DNA of 43,828 nucleotides from Opitutaceae bacterium (GCA_027488595.1 JAIYBI010000240.1:1-43828), one strand, 5' to 3'; shown: positions 9,823 to 18,722, counted from the stretch's first letter. The notes: generated from the sequence alone by a model not told the origin. Translations and numbers: made by a program.

Positions 9823-10863
9823 TCACGCCGAATAGGCGGGGCCGAGGCCGAGGTCGCGCAGGGCGGTGCGGAAGGCGACGGAGAAGCGGTCGCTGCGGAT
9901 GTGGAACTCTTCGCTCAGGTCGACCGGTAGATCCTCGGGCCGCTGGCTTTCGACGATGGGTTTGTCCTCGGCGAGGATTTTACGTTCCCAGGCGAGCAGG
10001 TCCTCGGCGGGGACGTGGTGATCGTAGTTGCGGGCGATGAAGAAGAATATCCGCGTTTTGCGGCGGGACACGGGCGTGGGGGCGTCGAAGATGCAGTGGC
10101 GTTTGCCGCCCTCGTATTCGACGACCAAGCGGCAGGCGAGCGGGAGGTGGAGGTCATAGGTCATCCAGCGCTGAATGGTGCTGGAGCCGGAGAAACCGGT
10201 GGCGGTGGCATCGGGGTTGGCGGCGAGGTAGGGGTAGGCAACGCGAAAACCGCCCGGCGTTTTAACGACGTCGTAGGGCGCGACCTCGGGTTGGGCGCGG
10301 TTGCCGAAGGTGCCGACGTGGATCCAGGAAAAGTGGCCGACATCAATGAAGTTCTCCAACTGGCGGCCGGGTGTGCAGTCCCACTCGGGCGGCGGATCGT
10401 GCATCATGCGGTAGGCCGGGTCGGAGAGTTCGGGCCAGTCGGGCAGGGCGGGCGCGGTGTCGGCGGCGGGGTCGAGGCAGACCCAGACGAGGCCGAGGCG
10501 TTCGATGCTGGCGACAGTGGAGAGGCAGAGTTTTTTCGGGACAGGGAGATCGGGCTGGGCGGGGATGGCGGTGCAGCGGCCGTCGGCTCCGTATCGAAAA
10601 CCATGATACGCACAGACCAGTTCGTCGCCCTCCTGCCAGCCGTGGCGGAGCGGCACGCCGCGGTGGATGCAAAGATCGCGCGCGACGACGACCTGGCGGC
10701 CGGTGGTGCGGTAGGCGATGAGGGGTTCGTCGAGGAGAGTGCGGGCGAGGGGTTTGCCGGCGTCGAGCTCGTCGGAATAGGCGATGGGATACCAGTGGCG
10801 GGCGAGGGCGCGCCACTCGGCCTCGGGGAAAGTGTTGTGCCGGGGGAGAGAGATGGCGGGCAT
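9823..10863 (-). CDS. Rieske non-heme iron oxygenase alpha subunit (VanA/NdmA-like demethylase clade)
   Basis: Rieske ligands CIH...CAYH; mononuclear-iron motif ENFIDVGHFSWIH...EDKPIVESQ. Confidence 0.88.
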   Translation of the reverse strand: MPAISLPRHNTFPEAEWRALARHWYPIAYSDELDAGKPLARTLLDEPLIAYRTTGRQVVVARDLCIHRGVPLRHGWQEGDELVCAYHGFRYGADGRCTAIPAQPDLPVPKKLCLSTVASIERLGLVWVCLDPAADTAPALPDWPELSDPAYRMMHDPPPEWDCTPGRQLENFIDVGHFSWIHVGTFGNRAQPEVAPYDVVKTPGGFRVAYPYLAANPDATATGFSGSSTIQRWMTYDLHLPLACRLVVEYEGGKRHCIFDAPTPVSRRKTRIFFFIARNYDHHVPAEDLLAWERKILAEDKPIVESQRPEDLPVDLSEEFHIRSDRFSVAFRTALRDLGLGPAYSA

Positions 10864-10876
10864 GGTGACGGTGGCC

Positions 10877-11896
10877 TCAGGCGGCGCAGGCGACTTCGGC
10901 GCCGATGCGGGCGAGGTCGGCGAGGTGGGCGCGTTTGACGTGGTCGGGCAGAAGCGCGGCGCGGAAGCCGTTTGCCGCTACCCGAACCAATTCAGCGCGG
11001 GAGAAACCGAGGTGGTGGTGGAGGGCGTGGTATTCGTCGGTGAGGGTGTTGCCGAAGAAGAAGGGGTCGTCGGAGTTTACCGTGACAGAGACGCCGGCAT
11101 CGAAGAGGCGGCGGATGGGGTGAGCGGCGAGGGTGGGCACGCCCTTGACGGCGAGCTTGAGGTTGCTGATGGGGCAGACGTCGAGGGTGATGTCGTCGCG
11201 CAGGAGGCGGGCGACGGTGGCGGGGGACTCGATGGAGCGCACGCCGTGCTCGATGCGCGTGACCTGAAGCCGGTCGAGGATGAGATCCACGAAGCTCGCG
11301 GGCATGAACTCGCCGGCGTGGGCCTTGGTGAACTTGCCGGCGGCGCGGGCGCGAGCCCAAATGGCGTCGGTCCACGGTTCGACGGGCAGATCCTCGGGAC
11401 CGTGGAGATCAATGCCGTCGAGCTCGGGCCAGGTGAGGGAGTCGTCAATCAACTCGCGACCGACGCCGGTGTAGTCGTTGTGGGACATGCCGGCGAAGAC
11501 GCGCAGCTCGAGGCCGCGGGGGGCGGCGGCACGGATGGCGCGGATCACCTCCGGGCCGGATTCGCGGAGGAAGGCGAGGGCGGGCAGGTGAAAACTCGTC
11601 TCGACGTAGCGGCAGCCTTGGGCGGCGCAGCGGGCGAGCACGATTTTGGCGGCTTCGTGGTAGCGTTCGGCAGAGGTGAAAAAGGCGGCGCAATACTCGA
11701 GGTAAAGCCGCATGAACTGGTCGAAACTCTGGTAGCGGAAATCGTCGGCCCAAAAAGGCGGAGGCGCGGCGTATTTGACCGGGTCGAGCTTTTGCAGGAG
11801 CTCGAAAGGGCAGGCGCCCTCGAGGTGGAGGTGGGTCTCGGTCTTGGGCAGCGCGAGGATGAAACGGTGAAGGGCGTCGTCTTGCGGGCTGAGCAT
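10877..11896 (-). CDS. Adenosine/adenine deaminase family amidohydrolase (COG1816), substrate uncertain
   Basis: PKTETHLHLEG, AHAGE, RIEHG, CPISN and NSDDP motifs. The real start is ATG 11896, not 12565. Confidence 0.88.
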   Translation of the reverse strand: MLSPQDDALHRFILALPKTETHLHLEGACPFELLQKLDPVKYAAPPPFWADDFRYQSFDQFMRLYLEYCAAFFTSAERYHEAAKIVLARCAAQGCRYVETSFHLPALAFLRESGPEVIRAIRAAAPRGLELRVFAGMSHNDYTGVGRELIDDSLTWPELDGIDLHGPEDLPVEPWTDAIWARARAAGKFTKAHAGEFMPASFVDLILDRLQVTRIEHGVRSIESPATVARLLRDDITLDVCPISNLKLAVKGVPTLAAHPIRRLFDAGVSVTVNSDDPFFFGNTLTDEYHALHHHLGFSRAELVRVAANGFRAALLPDHVKRAHLADLARIGAEVACAA

Positions 11897-11922
11897 GGCG
11901 GGAGCGCGCGGCGCGGCGGGTT

Positions 11923-13161
11923 TTAGGCGGCGGTCTGGCCGGCGGCTTTGTAGACGGCGTGGGCCTCGGCGACGCCGTCGGAAGGGAGGGTCATGCCGTG
12001 GAGGCGGAGGGCGGCGGCGACACAGGCGAGGGTTTGCAGGATGAATTCCTTGCGGGAGTTGTAGCCCATGTTGCCGATGCGCCAGATGACGCCGACGAGC
12101 GGGCCGAAAGAGGTGCCGATCTCGATGCCGAAATCGAGCAGCAAGGTGCGCCGCACCGCCTCGCCGTCCACTTCCTTGGGGATGTAGACGCCGGTGACGT
12201 TGAGCATCTTGTTGGGCAGATCGCCGAAGAGGCGGAGGCCCATCGCGCGCAGGCCGGCCATCATGGCTTCGCTGCCGATGCGGTGGCGTTCGATGGACTC
12301 GGTGAGACCCTCTTCGAGGACGATGCGGGCGCACTCGCGGGCGCAGTAGAGCATCGAGGTGGCCTCGGTGTGGTGGTTGAGGCCGGTCTCCCAATAGGCC
12401 ATGATCATCGCGAGGTCGAAGTAGTTGCTCGGGATGCGCGGGCCGGTGCCCGGGACGAAGCCCTTGGGCTGGATGCCGGCCTCGATGTGCCAGCGCTCCT
12501 TGAGGCGCGCGGCGACGGCGTCGGTGAAGGTAATGGGTGAAACGCCGGACGGGCCACCGAGGCATTTTTGGAGGCCGACGGAGACGGCGTCGAGTTGCCA
12601 GGCGTCCACCGGGAGGGCGTTGCCGCAGATGGAGGCGGTGGCGTCCACGTAGGAAATGACGCCGTGGGCGCGGCAGATTTTTCCGATGCGATCAAGGGGC
12701 TGGCACATCGTGGTGGAGGTGTCGCCCTGGCAGATGGCCAGTAGTTTGGGCCGGTGTTGCACGATGGCGGCCTCGACGGCTTCGGGGGTGAAGACGGTGC
12801 CCCACTCGGTCTCGATGGTGCGGACATCGGCGCCGCAGCGGGAGGCGATCTCGCAGAGCAGGTGGCCGAAACGGCCGAAGACCGGCACGAGCACGACATC
12901 GCCGGGGATGATGAGGGAAACGAGGATGGCCTCGATGCCGGCGCGCGAGGTGCCGTCAATGAGGAGCGTCCACTTATTTTCGGTGACGAAAATCTGGCGG
13001 AAGAGCACCTGCGTCTCGCGCATGTTTTCGCGGAAGGCGGGATCGTATTGGCCGAGGAGCTGGGCGGACATGGCGCGCAAGACGCGCGGGTCGGCGTTGA
13101 TCGGGCCGGGCCCCATGAGCAAACGGGGAGGCGGGTTGATGGGGGCGAAGGTGGTGGGCAT
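11923..13161 (-). CDS. pucG: (S)-ureidoglycine-glyoxylate aminotransferase (class V PLP)
   Basis: RLLMGPGP, DGTSRAGIEA, GDTSTT, GLQKCLGGPSG, SNYFDL, LNHHTEATSM and EIGTSFGPL motifs; purine-cluster context. Confidence 0.9.
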   Translation of the reverse strand: MPTTFAPINPPPRLLMGPGPINADPRVLRAMSAQLLGQYDPAFRENMRETQVLFRQIFVTENKWTLLIDGTSRAGIEAILVSLIIPGDVVLVPVFGRFGHLLCEIASRCGADVRTIETEWGTVFTPEAVEAAIVQHRPKLLAICQGDTSTTMCQPLDRIGKICRAHGVISYVDATASICGNALPVDAWQLDAVSVGLQKCLGGPSGVSPITFTDAVAARLKERWHIEAGIQPKGFVPGTGPRIPSNYFDLAMIMAYWETGLNHHTEATSMLYCARECARIVLEEGLTESIERHRIGSEAMMAGLRAMGLRLFGDLPNKMLNVTGVYIPKEVDGEAVRRTLLLDFGIEIGTSFGPLVGVIWRIGNMGYNSRKEFILQTLACVAAALRLHGMTLPSDGVAEAHAVYKAAGQTAA

Positions 13162-13194
13162 GGCGGCGGGGCGGAGCGGGCGTAGACTTGAGGG

Positions 13195-13243
13195 CTGAGA
13201 CCTGAAACCTGAGTTTGGAAGACGGAGGACGGAGAACGGAAAC
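13195..13243. repeat. Short heptamer tandem repeats (CTGAGAC/CTGAAAC; GACGGAG x2-3)
   Basis: ctgagac ctgaaac ctgagtt ... gacggag gacggag aacggaa in the pucG-uricase spacer. Confidence 0.55.
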
Positions 13244-13256
13244 GATGCGGCGCGGG

Positions 13257-14105
13257 TTAGCGTTTCACGGTGGCGGAGATGTCGCCGTGGGGGTTGGGCG
13301 CGGGGTAGAAGATGACGTTGTCGTTGGCCATTCCGAAGCGTTTCAGGTCGTAGGCGAAATAGTGGAGGTTGGGCAGGCGCAAGGAGACGGTGTCCAGTTC
13401 GGGGACTTTTTCCAGTGCGAGGGTGGCCATTTGGAAAAGAGTTTCCTGGACGGCGCGGCTGTAGGGGTTGGCGAATTTATCGAGGAAGGAGGCCCGCACG
13501 GCGGCGTTGGCGGCGTTAAAATCGTAGCCCTCGGCGACGGCGGCGTAGTGCCAGCTCGCGCAGAGCCGCGTGGCCATGATGCGATCGGTGACCTCGGGCA
13601 AAGTCGTGAACTCGCACTTGGGAAAACCGATGAAACCGGAGCCGGTGGACTTGAGGATCTCGAACTCCTTCAGGCCGGAAGTGACAGCGGGCGGGCCGGC
13701 GCGGGTGGCGCGGATGAGGGCGGTGCCGATTCCGTCGCCGGTGCGTTGGAAAGAGTGGGGGTGCGGGGTGCCGTTAACGTCGAGGCGGCCCCAGGGTTTC
13801 TCCTGCAACTCGATCGTGATGCCGTGGAAGCTCGGATACTTGATCAAAAAGTGACGGGCGAGGCGCAGGCCAAAAGTCTCGATGCCATCGGTGGTAAGGT
13901 GATCGCGAGCGAGGGCGTAGATGGTGTTTTTGATCGTATCGGTGGGAACAGTGGTGCGGTTGTCGCCTTCCAGAAAGGCGCAGTCGAAATCACCGGAGGC
14001 GAGGGCAGAGACCTCGATTTCTTTGACGGTGTGGATGTCGCCCTCGCGGAAAACCTTGAGGAGACCGACGGCGGATTTGCCATACTGGCTGTGCACGAGA
14101 TGCAT
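13257..14105 (-). CDS. pucL: Cofactor-independent urate oxidase (uricase)
   Basis: YGK, GDN..VPTDTIKNT, LKSTGSGF.GF, TTLPE..DRI, SRAVQ.TL, LPNLH and PHG.I motifs. ATG 14105. Confidence 0.93.
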   Translation of the reverse strand: MHLVHSQYGKSAVGLLKVFREGDIHTVKEIEVSALASGDFDCAFLEGDNRTTVPTDTIKNTIYALARDHLTTDGIETFGLRLARHFLIKYPSFHGITIELQEKPWGRLDVNGTPHPHSFQRTGDGIGTALIRATRAGPPAVTSGLKEFEILKSTGSGFIGFPKCEFTTLPEVTDRIMATRLCASWHYAAVAEGYDFNAANAAVRASFLDKFANPYSRAVQETLFQMATLALEKVPELDTVSLRLPNLHYFAYDLKRFGMANDNVIFYPAPNPHGDISATVKR

Positions 14106-14128
14106 GGGAGAAGGGATAGGTGGTGGGT

Positions 14129-14144
14129 TGGAACGAAACTCGCT
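14129..14144 (+). promoter_or_regulatory. Putative sigma54 -24/-12 promoter for the uraD-uraH-allC-allB-add arm
   Basis: TGGAACGAAACTCGCT has GG-N10-GC spacing (consensus TGGCACGNNNNTTGCW). Confidence 0.55.
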
Positions 14145-14162
14145 AAGTGAGTCCTCCCGGTC

Positions 14163-14178
14163 TGCAAGTATCGGGCCG
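14163..14178 (-). promoter_or_regulatory. Putative sigma54 -24/-12 promoter for the uricase arm
   Basis: Reverse complement CGGCCCGATACTTGCA has GG-N10-GC with TTGCA. Confidence 0.6.
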
Positions 14179-14185
14179 TTTTCCC

Positions 14186-14701
14186 ATGCCCTCTCATCTT
14201 TCCGCTTTGAACGTCCTGCCCGCCGCCGAGTTTGTGCGGGTGGCCGGGCCCTTGTTCGAGCATTCGCCGTGGATCGCGGAGCGCGCCGCCTCCGCACGGC
14301 CCTTTGCCACCCTGGAGGCGATGCATGGCGCGCTGGTGTCGGCAGTTGCCGCCGCGAGTGAGTCGGAGCAGGTCGGGCTCATCGCCGCGCACCCCGATCT
14401 CGCGGGCAAACTTGCGGTCTCCGGCTTGCTTACCGCCGAAAGCACTGCGGAGCAGAAAACCGCCCGCCTCGACCGGCTCTCGCCGGCTGACTTTGCGCGC
14501 ATCACCGCTCTAAACGACGCCTACCGCGCCAAGTTCGGGTTCCCCTTCGTGATCTGCGTGCGCGACCATACCCAGGCCGGTATCTTCGAGGCCTTTGAAC
14601 AACGCGTCGCCAACTCGCGCGACGCCGAGATTAAAACCGCCCTCGCCCAGATCGCCCGCATCGCTTGGCATCGGCTCCAGGATCTCGTCACCGCCGCCTA
14701 G
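14186..14701 (+). CDS. uraD: OHCU decarboxylase
   Basis: FEHSPWIA, LIAAHPDLAG, ESTAEQ, Y..KFGFPFVICVR and EI..AL.QI.RIA..RL motifs. Confidence 0.94.
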   Translation: MPSHLSALNVLPAAEFVRVAGPLFEHSPWIAERAASARPFATLEAMHGALVSAVAAASESEQVGLIAAHPDLAGKLAVSGLLTAESTAEQKTARLDRLSPADFARITALNDAYRAKFGFPFVICVRDHTQAGIFEAFEQRVANSRDAEIKTALAQIARIAWHRLQDLVTAA

Positions 14702-14740
14702 TTTCCACGTTTTTCCTCACCCGCAAACCCCTTCCCGACC

Positions 14741-15112
14741 GTGCCCGCAAAACTCAGCACTCACGTTCTCGACACCATGCATGGCCGCCCCGCCGTCGGC
14801 GTCGCGCTTGCGCTCTACCGCCTCGACGCCGCGCCGGACGGCTGGTGTCTGCTCGTCGAAACCACCACGAACGCCGACGGCCGCACCGATGCGCCCTTGC
14901 TGACCGGCGAAGCGCTGGTCGCGGGCGTTTACGAGCTGCGTTTTCAAATCGGCGCCTACTTCGCCAAACTCGGAGTGACGAAGTCGGCTCCGGACGCGCC
15001 CGCGTTTTTGGACGTCGTGCCAATTCGTTTTGGCGTCGCCGATGCCGGTGCCGCCTATCATGTGCCGCTGCTGGCCACGCCCTGGAGCTACGGCACCTAT
15101 CGCGGGAGTTAA
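14741..15112 (+). CDS. uraH: 5-hydroxyisourate hydrolase
   Basis: LSTHVLD...GRPA, TNADGR, YHVPLL and the C-terminal YRGS signature. Confidence 0.96.
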   Translation: MPAKLSTHVLDTMHGRPAVGVALALYRLDAAPDGWCLLVETTTNADGRTDAPLLTGEALVAGVYELRFQIGAYFAKLGVTKSAPDAPAFLDVVPIRFGVADAGAAYHVPLLATPWSYGTYRGS

Positions 15113-15118
15113 ACCACC

Positions 15119-16372
15119 ATGCGTTCGCTCGACCCCATCATCACGGAGCGGTTGCACGCGCGCGTCTCCGAGCTCGGCGGCATCAGCGAAGAAACCGGGC
15201 GCCTCACGCGTTCGTTTTTTTCCGACGCGATGACGCAGGTTCACTTTCGCTTCGCCGAGTGGGCGGAGGACGCCGGACTCAGTTTCACAATTGATGCGGC
15301 GGATAACCTCCGTCTGCGCTGGACCGCGCCTGCCGCAGATGGCGTGACGCGTCCGCTGCTCGTGATTGGTTCACACCTCGACACCGTGCGCGATGCGGGC
15401 CGCTACGACGGGCCGCTCGGCGTGCTCACCGGCCTCGCCTGCATTGAGCAACTTCAAGCTTGGGGCGAAGCGCCGCCTTTCGACATCGAGCTTGTCGGGT
15501 TTTCCGACGAGGAGGGCCTGCGTTTTCAAACCGCTTACCTTGGCAGTGCCTACTACGCCGGCGTTTTCCCGGAGACATGGCTTTCGTTGCGCGACGCCGC
15601 CGGCCACACGCTCGGCGAGGTGCTCGCGAGTCGCGGGCGCTCCGCCGCCGAGGTGCTGGCGGCGCAGCGTGCGCCCGAAAATCTCTGCGGCTACCTCGAA
15701 CTCCACATCGAGCAGGGCCCGCAGCTCGAGGCCGATGCCTGCGCAGTCGGCGTGGTCTCCGCGATCGCCGCGCAAACGCGGGCGCGCCTCGTGTTTTCCG
15801 GAAAGGCCGGGCACGCCGGCACGACTCCGATGGAGCTCCGCCAAGACGCGCTCTGCGCCGCCGCCGAGGCGGTTCTCGCCATCGAGGCCTACGCCCGCGC
15901 CACGCCGGGACTGCGCGCCACGGTGGGCCAACTCGCCGTCGTTCCCGGAGCGAGCAACGTCATCCCCGCCGAGGCCACACTCACGCTCGACATCCGTCAT
16001 CAGGCGGACATGAGCCTCGCCGCCGCCGTAGCCGAGCTCGAAAGCAACACTCGCAGCCACGCCGCCGCGCGCGGCATCGCGCTGCGCTGGGAGTTTTTGC
16101 AGCAGGGCAAGGCGGTGCCTATGGATGCCGCGCTTACCGAACACTTGAAAGCGGCTGCCGTTGCGCGGCAGGGCAACGCGCCGGTGCTCGTCAGCGGCGC
16201 GGGGCACGATGCCGCCGTCATCAGCCGCATCGCGCCGGTGGCGATGATCTTCGTCCGCAACCGCGACGGCCTCAGTCACCATCCCGACGAATACGTCGCC
16301 CCCGCCGACGCCGAGCTCGGGCTCGCCGTGCTTGCCGATGCGGTGTGCCGCTACGCTGCCTCCACTCCATGA
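15119..16372 (+). CDS. allC: Allantoate amidohydrolase (M20 family)
   Basis: GSHLDTV, YDGPLGV, EEGLRF, ELHIEQGP, GHAGTTPM and SGAGHDA motifs; cluster context. Confidence 0.87.
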   Translation: MRSLDPIITERLHARVSELGGISEETGRLTRSFFSDAMTQVHFRFAEWAEDAGLSFTIDAADNLRLRWTAPAADGVTRPLLVIGSHLDTVRDAGRYDGPLGVLTGLACIEQLQAWGEAPPFDIELVGFSDEEGLRFQTAYLGSAYYAGVFPETWLSLRDAAGHTLGEVLASRGRSAAEVLAAQRAPENLCGYLELHIEQGPQLEADACAVGVVSAIAAQTRARLVFSGKAGHAGTTPMELRQDALCAAAEAVLAIEAYARATPGLRATVGQLAVVPGASNVIPAEATLTLDIRHQADMSLAAAVAELESNTRSHAAARGIALRWEFLQQGKAVPMDAALTEHLKAAAVARQGNAPVLVSGAGHDAAVISRIAPVAMIFVRNRDGLSHHPDEYVAPADAELGLAVLADAVCRYAASTP

Positions 16373-17682
16373 GCAGTCGCCTTGATACGCTTCTTCGCGC
16401 GGTCACCGTGCTCACACCGGAGGGTCCGCTGGTTGCCGACCTGGGCATCGCCGAAGGCAAGGTCGCCGCTCTCGCGCCGGCTCTGCTCAACGTTTCCGCC
16501 CGCGAGGAAATCTACGCTCCCGGGGCGATGCTGGTGCCGGGCATGATTGATTCGCACGTGCATTTTAACGAGCCGGGCCGCGCCGCGTGGGAAGGTTTCG
16601 CCACCGGCACGGCCGCCGCGGCGGCCGGCGGAGTGACGATGATTTTCGACATGCCGCTCAACTCCACGCCGGCGACGGTGACGCCCGAGGCGTTTCACGC
16701 CAAACAGGCGGCGGCGACCGCGAGCGCAGTCATCAAGACGCGCTTCTGGGGCGGATTGGTGCCGGGCAATCTCGACCAACTCGCCGCGCTCCACGCCTGC
16801 GGCGTCATCGGCTACAAGGCGTTTATGTCGAATAGCGGCATTGATGACTTCGCCCGCTCGGACCTCGCCACCCTGCGCGCCGGCATGAAGATCATCGCCG
16901 GTCTGCCCGGCATGTGCCTGGCGGTTCACGCCGAAGACGAGGACCTCACTGCGAAGCTGGGTGCAGAAGCGAAAGCGGCGGCGCGATTCGCTCCGCGCGA
17001 TTTTGCCGCGTCGCGGCCGATCGAGGCCGAGCTGCGCGCCATCCGCGACGTGCTCGAACTCGCGGGCGAGACCGGTTGCCCGCTGCACATTGTCCATGTA
17101 AGCTGCGCGGAGGGACTGGCGTTGGTGAGTGCGGCGAAGGCGCGGGGCGTAAACGTCACCGCCGAGACCTGCCCGCACTACCTGACGTTGACGGTGGACG
17201 ACCTCGAAACGCTCGGCGCGCTCTCCAAATGCGCGCCGCCGCTGCGGGAGTTGGCAGACCGCGAGGCGCTCTGGGCCGCGGTTGCGCGCGGCGAGGTGGA
17301 TACCATCGGGTCCGACCACTCGCCCTGTCCGCCGGCCATGAAAACCGAAAAACCTTTCGCCGAAGCGTGGGGAGGTATCAGCGGCGTGCAGCACTCCGTG
17401 CCACTGCTTTACACCGAGGCGGAAGCGCGCGGGTTGCCCTTTTCCCGCATGGCGGAGCTGATCGGCGCGGCACCGGCTCGCCGGTTTCACTTGGGGGCGG
17501 ATGCAGGCGTGATTCGCGTCGGTGGCGCGGCTGATCTCTGCCTGCTCACACCGGCGCGGGGCGCGTCCATCACCCGCGAGAGCCTGCGCGACCGGCATCG
17601 CCACTCGCCCTACGTCGGGCGGCCGCTTGCCTGGTCGGTGAGCCGGACCTGGGTGGACGGGCGTGACGTTTTTCGGGCTTGA
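16369..17682 (+). CDS. allB: Allantoinase
   Basis: PGMIDSHVHFNEPGR..WEGF, DMPLNS.P, VHAE, ETCPHYL, KCAPPLR and SDHSP motifs. ATGA overlap with allC. Confidence 0.93.
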   Translation: MSSRLDTLLRAVTVLTPEGPLVADLGIAEGKVAALAPALLNVSAREEIYAPGAMLVPGMIDSHVHFNEPGRAAWEGFATGTAAAAAGGVTMIFDMPLNSTPATVTPEAFHAKQAAATASAVIKTRFWGGLVPGNLDQLAALHACGVIGYKAFMSNSGIDDFARSDLATLRAGMKIIAGLPGMCLAVHAEDEDLTAKLGAEAKAAARFAPRDFAASRPIEAELRAIRDVLELAGETGCPLHIVHVSCAEGLALVSAAKARGVNVTAETCPHYLTLTVDDLETLGALSKCAPPLRELADREALWAAVARGEVDTIGSDHSPCPPAMKTEKPFAEAWGGISGVQHSVPLLYTEAEARGLPFSRMAELIGAAPARRFHLGADAGVIRVGGAADLCLLTPARGASITRESLRDRHRHSPYVGRPLAWSVSRTWVDGRDVFRA

Positions 17683-17701
17683 AGAAACGTATCCAAATCC
17701 A

Positions 17702-18694
17702 ATGACACCCGGCCTTCCGCTTGTTGATCTGCATCGCCATCTCGACGGCAACGTCCGCCTTGCCACCATCCTCGACCTCGGCGCGCGCCACGGGGTAAAG
17801 CTGCCGGCGGACGAGATCGAGACGCTTCGTCCGCACGTTCAAGTGATGGGGCACATGCCGGATTTGCCCTCGTGGCTGGCGAAGTTGCACTGGATGACCG
17901 CGGTGCTGGCTGACCTCGACGCCTGCCGTCGCATCGCGCGCGAGAACGTGGAAGACGCCGCCCGCGAAGGGCTGCACTACATTGAGCTGCGTTTCAGTCC
18001 GGCGTTCATGGCGCAGCCCCACGGGCTCGATCCGCACGACGTGGTGCAGGCGGTCGCCGCCGGCATAGCGGAAGGGGCGGCCGCGACGGGAATAAAAGTT
18101 AACCTGATCGGCATTCTGAGTCGCACCTATGGCCCTGAGGCCTGCGCGGTGGAGCTCGATGCCCTGCTTGCTGGGCGGCAACATCTGGTGGCGGTGGACC
18201 TGGCGGGCGACGAGAAACTCTGGCCCGCGCACCACTTTATCCGGCACTTCGCGCGTGCTCGCGATGAAGGGCTCGCCGTGACGATTCATGCCGGCGAAGG
18301 CGACGGGGTGGCGAGTGTGTGGAGCGCGCTGCGCGACCTCGGCGCGACGCGGATCGGCCACGGCGTGCGGGCGATTGATGATCCTGCGCTGCTCGATCAC
18401 CTTCGCGAGCGGCGCATCGGACTCGAACTCAACATCACCAGTAACGTGCAGACGAATACGGTGGCGAGTTACGCGGCGCATCCGCTGCGGGAGTTTCTCG
18501 ATCTCGGCCTGCTGGCGACGATCAACACCGACGACCCCGTGATCAGCGGGATTGATCTCGCGCATGAGTTTCGCGTTGCTGCGCCGGCCGCGCGACTTTC
18601 AGCGGCGCACATCGCGCAGGCGCAGCGCAACGCCGTGGAGATTGCGTTTCTTTCGGAGTCGGAGAAGGCGGCGTTGCTGGCGCTCGGCCGCTGA
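17702..18694 (+). CDS. add: Adenosine deaminase (E. coli Add type)
   Basis: DLHRHLDGN, ELRFSP, LIGILSRT, DLAGDE, HAGE, TSNVQT and NTDDP motifs. Confidence 0.92.
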   Translation: MTPGLPLVDLHRHLDGNVRLATILDLGARHGVKLPADEIETLRPHVQVMGHMPDLPSWLAKLHWMTAVLADLDACRRIARENVEDAAREGLHYIELRFSPAFMAQPHGLDPHDVVQAVAAGIAEGAAATGIKVNLIGILSRTYGPEACAVELDALLAGRQHLVAVDLAGDEKLWPAHHFIRHFARARDEGLAVTIHAGEGDGVASVWSALRDLGATRIGHGVRAIDDPALLDHLRERRIGLELNITSNVQTNTVASYAAHPLREFLDLGLLATINTDDPVISGIDLAHEFRVAAPAARLSAAHIAQAQRNAVEIAFLSESEKAALLALGR

Positions 18695-18722
18695 TGGAGG
18701 CGAATGATTTTTGATCCGGCAG

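Noticed and set aside
10877-12565. 562-aa ORF suggesting a long deaminase
   Set aside because: The first about 220 aa overlap pucG in another frame and are low-complexity. The true start is 11896.
14106-14185. Purine riboswitch upstream of the purine genes
   Set aside because: The spacer is short and lacks the conserved purine-riboswitch core motifs.
15460-17682. 740-aa ORF suggesting an N-terminally extended or fused allantoinase
   Set aside because: The extension is an Arg-rich off-frame read-through of allC. Allantoinase motifs begin at ATG 16369 with an ATGA overlap.
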